IMG/VR virus record: IMGVR_UViG_3300027762_000001
Strand: one strand, 5' to 3'
DNA from: a virus
Length of the DNA: 64,000 nucleotides
Position 1 is the stretch's first letter. Each line of letters opens with the position of its first letter. The notes under the pieces were generated by a model. The model worked only from the letters and a program-made list of their open reading frames with translations. It was not told the DNA's origin and did not search any database. Position numbers and translations under genes: made by a program. Positions 58,705 to 64,000 of the stretch are shown here, piece after piece.

Positions 58705-59412
58705 TTATGCAGTAAATTCTCCACCGTCAACTTCATAAACATAAAGTCCAGAAGTTTCGTCAATTTTAATAGTTGCATTATCAACTATAGCTTCAGCTTT
58801 TAATCCTGTAGCTGAATCACTTAAGTTAATTGAAGTTGAATCTTCATATCTTAAGTTGAATTTTACTTGATTGTTTACATCATCATAAACTGCGTCGATA
58901 GTATTTGTATCAACTAGTAATTCAACTATTCTAGCTTCTACAGCTGCATCCCAGTCAGAGATATCTGAACTGTCGATGTTAGCAGCGCCTTTGTATAGAT
59001 CGAAGTCTGTAGCAACAACAGGATCAGAAGCTGTTTTATTAAAGATTACTTTGTCGCCATCTTCATAATCAACTCCACCTATTGTAGCTGTAGCACCTCT
59101 TACTATATACATGTTACCAATTTCTGCTCCAGCAAGCCCTGCTAAACCATCAGTAGTAGCATCCCAAGCGCCTTTATACAAAACGCCTTCTGCAAATGCT
59201 CCAACTAATGTATCAACGTGAGACGCTGAATAAACATTGTCAGTTGTTGATAGGGAATCATTTATAAGATATTTTCCAACTAAATTGTTGTTAGTTCCGT
59301 CGTTTATAAATAGCTCTTTAGTATCTGTGCAAAAAGCCATTTCGCCAGAAAGTAAACCAGCATTTCCGATGTTAGCTTTCAAACCTCTTTTGACTCTGAT
59401 TATTTGACCCAT
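58705..59412 (-). CDS. Mtd-N-like fibre/structural protein
   Basis: IRVKRG......L..GE.AFCTDTKEL; YKGAWDA..G..Y; ends VDGGEFTA. Confidence 0.65.
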   Translation of the reverse strand: MGQIIRVKRGLKANIGNAGLLSGEMAFCTDTKELFINDGTNNNLVGKYLINDSLSTTDNVYSASHVDTLVGAFAEGVLYKGAWDATTDGLAGLAGAEIGNMYIVRGATATIGGVDYEDGDKVIFNKTASDPVVATDFDLYKGAANIDSSDISDWDAAVEARIVELLVDTNTIDAVYDDVNNQVKFNLRYEDSTSINLSDSATGLKAEAIVDNATIKIDETSGLYVYEVDGGEFTA

Positions 59413-59451
59413 TTTAAATTCCTCCTTTATAATTTTATTCTACCTAATTTA

Positions 59452-59480
59452 ATTATACATAAAATGATTTAATAAATCAA
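59452..59480 (-). promoter_or_regulatory. sigmaA-type promoter for fibre genes
   Basis: TTGATT-N17-TATAAT on minus strand. Confidence 0.6.
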
Positions 59481-59680
59481 AATTCTCCACCATCAACATC
59501 GCGATAAACAACTTTCCCTGTTACGGTATCGTATGTTAGTATTTTTCCTGTGGCAATATTGGCTTCATCAACAGCTTTAGTGCCGACGTAACCTTCTTTA
59601 GAAAAGAGATATATTATATCGGTAGCGTTTTTATTAACTCTTCTTAAAATTCTACCATCTTCATAATCAACTCTAGGCAT
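59477..59680 (-). CDS. Small structural protein ending VDGGEF
   Basis: 67 aa; shares C-terminal motif with neighbouring fibre gene. Confidence 0.55.
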   Translation of the reverse strand: MPRVDYEDGRILRRVNKNATDIIYLFSKEGYVGTKAVDEANIATGKILTYDTVTGKVVYRDVDGGEF

Positions 59681-60134
59681 CTAAAGCTTCACCTCCAAAG
59701 CTGATTCTCTCACCTACAGTTCCGCAAGCATAAATTAAATTAAGATTTGAAACTGTAAATGTGGTTGTGCTTCCAGGCCCTAATACATACATATGAGAAG
59801 TAGGTGATACACTTGAATTCCCTAAATAAACATAATCTAAATTGTCAGGATGAGCTTGGATAGTTACTACTTTGCATGTTTCATTTGCTGCTAACTGTAC
59901 AGCGTTTGTATCTGTAAAAGTTATATTTCCTTGTATAAGTCTGTTGTTTGGAGGAATACTAACATCTAAGTTGTCAATATTTACAGACACACTTCCAGCA
60001 CCTAAATTGATTGGTAGTGGATTATCTTTTGATACTGGTATCATATCATTTACCGCTTCGTCAAAATACTGAAGTGGTATAACATTACTATCTAACTGAC
60101 TTCTTTTTAATAATTTATTGATTGCTCCACTCAT
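59673..60134 (-). CDS. Putative virion structural protein
   Basis: PVS.DNPLP motif; V.IQA.P.N...VYLG beta domain. Confidence 0.55.
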   Translation of the reverse strand: MSGAINKLLKRSQLDSNVIPLQYFDEAVNDMIPVSKDNPLPINLGAGSVSVNIDNLDVSIPPNNRLIQGNITFTDTNAVQLAANETCKVVTIQAHPDNLDYVYLGNSSVSPTSHMYVLGPGSTTTFTVSNLNLIYACGTVGERISFGGEALDA

Positions 60135-60160
60135 TTTTTAAAAACCTCCCTTTTTTATTG

Positions 60161-60826
60161 TTAAAGATTTGCTCTGTCTAAATGATCTGCATCGTAAACA
60201 CTGGTTCCCTCATAAGGATCGTTATCATCGCTTTCTTCTCTTAAATTTCTAACTTCAGATGGCTTAACACCGCCTATAGCTCCACAATTAGGGCATTCAC
60301 CATAAACTGTAGTCTCGCCTTCATAGTCACAATTTTCACACTTTATTGTTTGTAAGTCAGTTTTCTCTTTTGGAGTATTTGCCTTTTCTTTTTCTTTGTT
60401 TGTTGGTGTCTCTATAGTTGCAGTTTTATACATGAAATCTATATACTCTGATGCTGTTTTAACATTATTTAAACTTTTTAAATTATTATAAATCTCATCT
60501 AATTTGGCTCTATCTTCATTTGCTAGTGATACATTTTTTCTAATTTCGTTAATTGCAGACATAAGAGCAAAACTTCCTCCAACTTTACCTGCATGTAAAT
60601 ACTTGTTAGTGTTTTCTGTTATCTTGTCAAGTGTTGGCTTACTTATCTTGCCTTTCATAAATAGATTATTCATAGCATTGAGAATTCCAGCCTGTAGTCC
60701 CCACGCTATAGCAGAACCTAATGTTCCTGCTGACATGACTTGTGGTATCATTGGCGAATATTTTTTTAAATTATTATCCTCTGCCAATTTTTCAATATAA
60801 AGTTCATCAATAAATTCTCTTATCAT
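60161..60826 (-). CDS. Candidate polyprotein: membrane module plus Zn ribbon
   Basis: IDELYIEKLA leader, hydrophobic Gly-rich module, KTASEYIDFMYKTA linker, CENC..CPNC. Confidence 0.6.
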   Translation of the reverse strand: MIREFIDELYIEKLAEDNNLKKYSPMIPQVMSAGTLGSAIAWGLQAGILNAMNNLFMKGKISKPTLDKITENTNKYLHAGKVGGSFALMSAINEIRKNVSLANEDRAKLDEIYNNLKSLNNVKTASEYIDFMYKTATIETPTNKEKEKANTPKEKTDLQTIKCENCDYEGETTVYGECPNCGAIGGVKPSEVRNLREESDDNDPYEGTSVYDADHLDRANL

Positions 60827-60944
60827 TTAAAATCACCTCGTAATTAAATTATATAATAATTTAACCCTAAAATACACATGACAAAATGCAGTATAGAAAA
60901 TAAAAAATAGAAAGAGCTCTTAAAGAATAAAAATATTGAAAAAA

Positions 60945-60962
60945 TAGCATAAGAAATAAAAG
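60945..60962 (+). promoter_or_regulatory. Phage promoter-like motif, copy 9
   Basis: TAGCATAAGAAATAAAAG. Confidence 0.65.
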
Positions 60963-61081
60963 GTAAAGGGAGGTTTTATACAAATGAACAGCAAAAGAAA
61001 CACAAAGAAAAGTGATAAAATTAATTTTATCCAAATTTTCGTAACAAAAAACACAAAAACATCAAAAAGGGGGCTGAACTA

Positions 61082-61540
61082 ATGAGTAAAATGGTAAAAG
61101 CAGTAGCAAGTGGAGTTTTAATTTTAGGTGCAACAGTTATCGGATCTGAACAATTAGGATTTTCAAGTAAATTAACCTCCGATAAGAAAAAAGATTTGGT
61201 TGGAAAGTACATGAATCGATGCAAGGAATTTAAAATACTTTATAGTATGACAAATAATGCTTGGTCAAGATTGGTGGAGCACCATAAGCATAATAAAATA
61301 AAGATGTGCTCGATACCTGTTACAGAATATGAAATCGAATCTTTAAACGAAGATTATGAGTCTATCCTAAAGAATAAAATAAAGGTTATAAATATTGCAA
61401 AATCAATAGGTGGAGATATAGTTTTAACATCTGCAAGCTTAATAGAGGTTTTAGACTTGATAGATGATTACCATAAAAAATACAGTTGTGTTTATGACAA
61501 AATTTTAGCATATGAAGAAGGCTTAGGAGCAAAAATATAA
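61082..61540 (+). CDS. Hypothetical protein with N-terminal hydrophobic segment
   Basis: AVASGVLILGATVIG; terminator 61547-61576. Confidence 0.65.
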   Translation: MSKMVKAVASGVLILGATVIGSEQLGFSSKLTSDKKKDLVGKYMNRCKEFKILYSMTNNAWSRLVEHHKHNKIKMCSIPVTEYEIESLNEDYESILKNKIKVINIAKSIGGDIVLTSASLIEVLDLIDDYHKKYSCVYDKILAYEEGLGAKI

Positions 61541-61595
61541 TTATCTAAGAAAGGCTAAGTTAGCCTTTCTTTTTTTAGGATTAGGGGGTAAAATT

Positions 61596-61760
61596 ATGAA
61601 AGATGTTAAATTAAAATCAAGCGAATTAAGGGTTTATATTAAAGATAATAAAATTTATTGTGCGTCTCAAATGTGTAAACAAAATGACGATATATGCCCT
61701 AGAATCGACAAATGTAAAATTCTAAAAATAACTTTAAGTGAGGTGGATAAGTCATGTTAG
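61596..61760 (+). CDS. 54-aa Cys-containing protein, not in ORF track
   Basis: aggggg RBS; YCASQMC......CP....C. Confidence 0.5.
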   Translation: MKDVKLKSSELRVYIKDNKIYCASQMCKQNDDICPRIDKCKILKITLSEVDKSC

Positions 61761-62017
61761 AACATTTTATAGACTCGTTTTCAATTTTTATAGCAGTATT
61801 ATCTTTATCGTTTAGTATCATTTTGACTTTTCTTAATTTTATAAAATTAAGAGAACAAGACAAAGTAATAAAAATGTTAGAAAAAGAAAATTCAAATATA
61901 ATAAAAGATTTTTCTAACATAAATAAAAGAATTGATAGTCTAGCTGAATTTTATTTAAAAATATTAGTTGAAAAAGATGAAAAAGAGAGGCGGAAAAGTG
62001 ATGAGAGCAGAATTTGA
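61754..62017 (+). CDS. Small TM plus coiled-coil protein
   Basis: gaggtgga RBS; N-terminal TM. Confidence 0.6.
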   Translation: MLEHFIDSFSIFIAVLSLSFSIILTFLNFIKLREQDKVIKMLEKENSNIIKDFSNINKRIDSLAEFYLKILVEKDEKERRKSDESRI

Positions 62018-62456
62018 TTTAGTATCAGCAGCTGAAATAATAGTAAAATTATCAGATCTTTTAGATGTCGATATTAAAGAAGTGTGGGAAAAAGATGCTC
62101 CAAGTGCAATCAAACAAAATTTTTCATATGAAGAAATTGAAAAAGAAATAATTGCTAATCACGATATGTCAATTCAATCTCCCATCCCATGGGAGAGAGG
62201 AGACGCTGAAACTTTAAGCTCTGACATAGTTGATAAATATGGAAACGATATAGCGAATTTTGACAGAAGAGCAGATATCGGATATACATTAAAATGTGTT
62301 AATGGGTATGAAAAGTTAATGAACTTAATACTTAAAGTAAAAGAAACTTCAGTTAATTGTGGAGGGGCTCTAAGTGCAATCATAGTTAAATTAATTGATG
62401 AATCACTAAGAGAAGAGATGGATAAGATGGCGGATTATGAGGATTCAGAGTCTTAA
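61968..62456 (+). CDS. Hypothetical protein
   Basis: Likely start ~61998-62001 after gagg RBS. Confidence 0.6.
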   Translation: MKKMKKRGGKVMRAEFDLVSAAEIIVKLSDLLDVDIKEVWEKDAPSAIKQNFSYEEIEKEIIANHDMSIQSPIPWERGDAETLSSDIVDKYGNDIANFDRRADIGYTLKCVNGYEKLMNLILKVKETSVNCGGALSAIIVKLIDESLREEMDKMADYEDSES

Positions 62457-62457
62457 T

Positions 62458-62487
62458 TTGAATTTTAATGGAAAAATATGATATAAT
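62458..62487 (+). promoter_or_regulatory. sigmaA-type promoter (extended -10)
   Basis: TTGAAT-N18-TATAAT with TG at the extended position. Confidence 0.5.
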
Positions 62488-62563
62488 TAAAGTAACAAAA
62501 AGGCTTAACGACTAAAAATTGTTAAGCCTTTTTGTTAAAAATTAAATAAGGAGGGATCTGAAA

Positions 62564-63223
62564 ATGCTTAAGATCACTAAGAAATTTACAGTACTCCTAA
62601 CTTTAATTACTTTAATCACAAGTGTTACAAATTATTCTTATGCAAGTTCATCGAGGCTAGGTGTAGTCTCAGTATGGATGGGCTATTTAAATTTAAGGTC
62701 AGGACCTGGAATACACTATAGAGTAAAATCTAAAATGCCAAAAAATACAATAATAAGAGTCCATTCTACAAGTGGTACATGGTATAAAGTGTCATACGGG
62801 AGAACAGTAGGTTACGCAGACAAGAGATATATAAAATTATACTCAAACACAAGGGCAGTAAGAGCGACAAGTGAAGCTTTAAGTTTCATGGGAGTTAGAT
62901 ATGTTTGGGGAGGAACATCTCCTAGGGGATTCGACTGCTCTGGAGTTGTGCAATATGTGTATAAAAGGCAAGGTATAAACTTGCCAAGAGTTGCACATGC
63001 TCAGTCTAGAACTGGTAAGTGGGTATCTAAGAAAAATTTAATAGTTGGAGATTTAGTATTTTTTTCATCAAGTAGAAGCTATAATAATGTCACACATGTT
63101 GGAATTTATATAGGCCAAGGAAAATTTGTACATGCATCATCTGGAGCTAAATGTGTTACTGTTAGTTATTTAAGTAAATTATATTATTTGAGAACTTATG
63201 TTGGAGCAAGAAGAGTTTACTAA
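62564..63223 (+). CDS. Secreted SH3b-NlpC/P60 cell-wall peptidase
   Basis: Signal peptide; LNLRSGPG..WYKV.Y....GY; Y.WGG.SP.GFDCSG, GDLVFF, HVGIY.G...F.HAS. Confidence 0.95.
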   Translation: MLKITKKFTVLLTLITLITSVTNYSYASSSRLGVVSVWMGYLNLRSGPGIHYRVKSKMPKNTIIRVHSTSGTWYKVSYGRTVGYADKRYIKLYSNTRAVRATSEALSFMGVRYVWGGTSPRGFDCSGVVQYVYKRQGINLPRVAHAQSRTGKWVSKKNLIVGDLVFFSSSRSYNNVTHVGIYIGQGKFVHASSGAKCVTVSYLSKLYYLRTYVGARRVY

Positions 63224-63297
63224 GGCTCAAAATTAAGATATAAGCTAATAAAATATAAAGAGAGTGGAAATATTGCTCTCTCTTTTTTTTGTCATTA

Positions 63298-63315
63298 TAG
63301 CATAAGAAATAAAAG
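63298..63315 (+). promoter_or_regulatory. Phage promoter-like motif, copy 10
   Basis: TAGCATAAGAAATAAAAG right after terminator 63257-63290. Confidence 0.65.
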
Positions 63316-63447
63316 AAATATTATATAGAAAAGGTCAATAAGTTTAAGCAAGCAATAGTTTTAAATTCTCACTTTCTTACCCAGAAAACATTTATATCTT
63401 TCTTTAATTGCTTGCTTAAACTATGACAAATAAGGAGGGGTCAACTT

Positions 63448-63606
63448 GTGAACACTTTTATTGAAGGCGCACAATTTGCTATAGGGGTAATTGTGGTTAA
63501 TATTACTATTGCAGGAAGTTGTAAAATCATTGATTGCATTGATAAAAAGATGAATAAAAAAAGGCGTAATATTACTATAGGCTTTAATCGCAAAACAAAC
63601 AATTAG
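63448..63606 (+). CDS. 52-aa membrane peptide, not in ORF track
   Basis: aaggagg RBS then GTG; FAIGVIVVNITIAG. Confidence 0.55.
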   Translation: MNTFIEGAQFAIGVIVVNITIAGSCKIIDCIDKKMNKKRRNITIGFNRKTNN

Positions 63607-63633
63607 GGGATAAAAATTAGGAGGAGAATAAGT

Positions 63634-63855
63634 ATGGATTTTTATGTAGGATTAGCGGTAGGGATTTTTGCAGGAGTAACAGGGGCATTTTGTTATATGT
63701 TCTCAGATGTTAAAAAGGAAAAGGACAAGTATATTGGATTTTCAAGTGCATATGCTGAGATAATGGACAATAAATGCAGAAATATTTTTAATACATCAAA
63801 TGCAAAAATAGAGAGTAAGAGACATAAAGGAAGTAAAAGTATGTCGAGGCGTTAA
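63634..63855 (+). CDS. Small single-TM protein
   Basis: ggagg RBS; FYVGLAVGIFAGVTGAF. Confidence 0.65.
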   Translation: MDFYVGLAVGIFAGVTGAFCYMFSDVKKEKDKYIGFSSAYAEIMDNKCRNIFNTSNAKIESKRHKGSKSMSRR

Positions 63856-63888
63856 GCCTCTTTTTCTATTTTTAAAAGTGTTTTTTGG

Positions 63889-63906
63889 TAGTATAAGGAA
63901 GAAAAG
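63889..63906 (+). promoter_or_regulatory. Phage promoter-like motif, copy 11
   Basis: TAGTATAAGGAAGAAAAG after terminator 63846-63865. Confidence 0.6.
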
Positions 63907-63936
63907 GATAATATATAAAATAAGGAGTTGATAGCC

Positions 63937-64000
63937 ATGGAAACATTAATTCATTTTAACAGATTAGATGTATTAGAAAACGTTATCATCAAAAGTGGAC
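63937..64000 (+). CDS. Start of a CDS truncated by the window edge
   Basis: aaggag RBS, METLIHFNRL... Confidence 0.5.
   Translation, partial: METLIHFNRLDVLENVIIKSG

Noticed and set aside
51342-59412. Diversity-generating retroelement suggested by Mtd-N-like domains
   Set aside because: No reverse transcriptase and no TR/VR pair differing at adenines in this window; Mtd-N is only an adaptor.
1-64000. Stop-codon reassignment
   Set aside because: Long conserved genes are intact under code 11, and TAA, TAG and TGA all terminate genes.

Overview
This AT-rich 64-kb window is a segment of a large contractile-tailed (myovirus-type) phage genome read in the standard code. The host is most plausibly a spore-forming Bacillota/Clostridia member (SpoIIID, AbrB, LPxTG and 3D-domain genes, Firmicutes-style RBSs). 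Layout: (1) 71-11821, minus strand: tail tube, sheath, neck, major capsid, decoration, scaffold-like proteins and a Zn-ribbon prohead protease; (2) ~11900-12780: non-coding switch region with 11 GGACAC repeats, a candidate origin; (3) 12859-19089: SpoIIID, HU, SSB-like, dNMP kinase, RuvC, DinG; (4) 21292-37237: head-associated proteins, WYL protein, portal and a 2276-aa fused beta-beta' RNA polymerase; (5) terminase, a WYL-SNF2 protein, many small membrane-protein cassettes, tail fibres and cell-wall enzymes. Two linked candidate systems stand out. (A) Transcription: the fused bacterial-type RNAP ends the portal operon; a 17-18 bp motif TAGYATAAG-RD-ATAAAA(G) occurs 11 times upstream of non-structural cassettes, while structural operons carry sigmaA-type promoters. 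(B) Head cargo: many proteins are punctuated by a double K-x-A linker (e.g. KVADYIDGMYKEA) separating membrane-active peptides, WYL, SNF2 and Zn-ribbon modules, and the SNF2 module is flanked by an exact 36-bp direct repeat encoding that linker. No tRNA, rRNA, CRISPR array, integrase or reverse transcriptase was seen. All family calls are by-eye motif recognition, not database searches.
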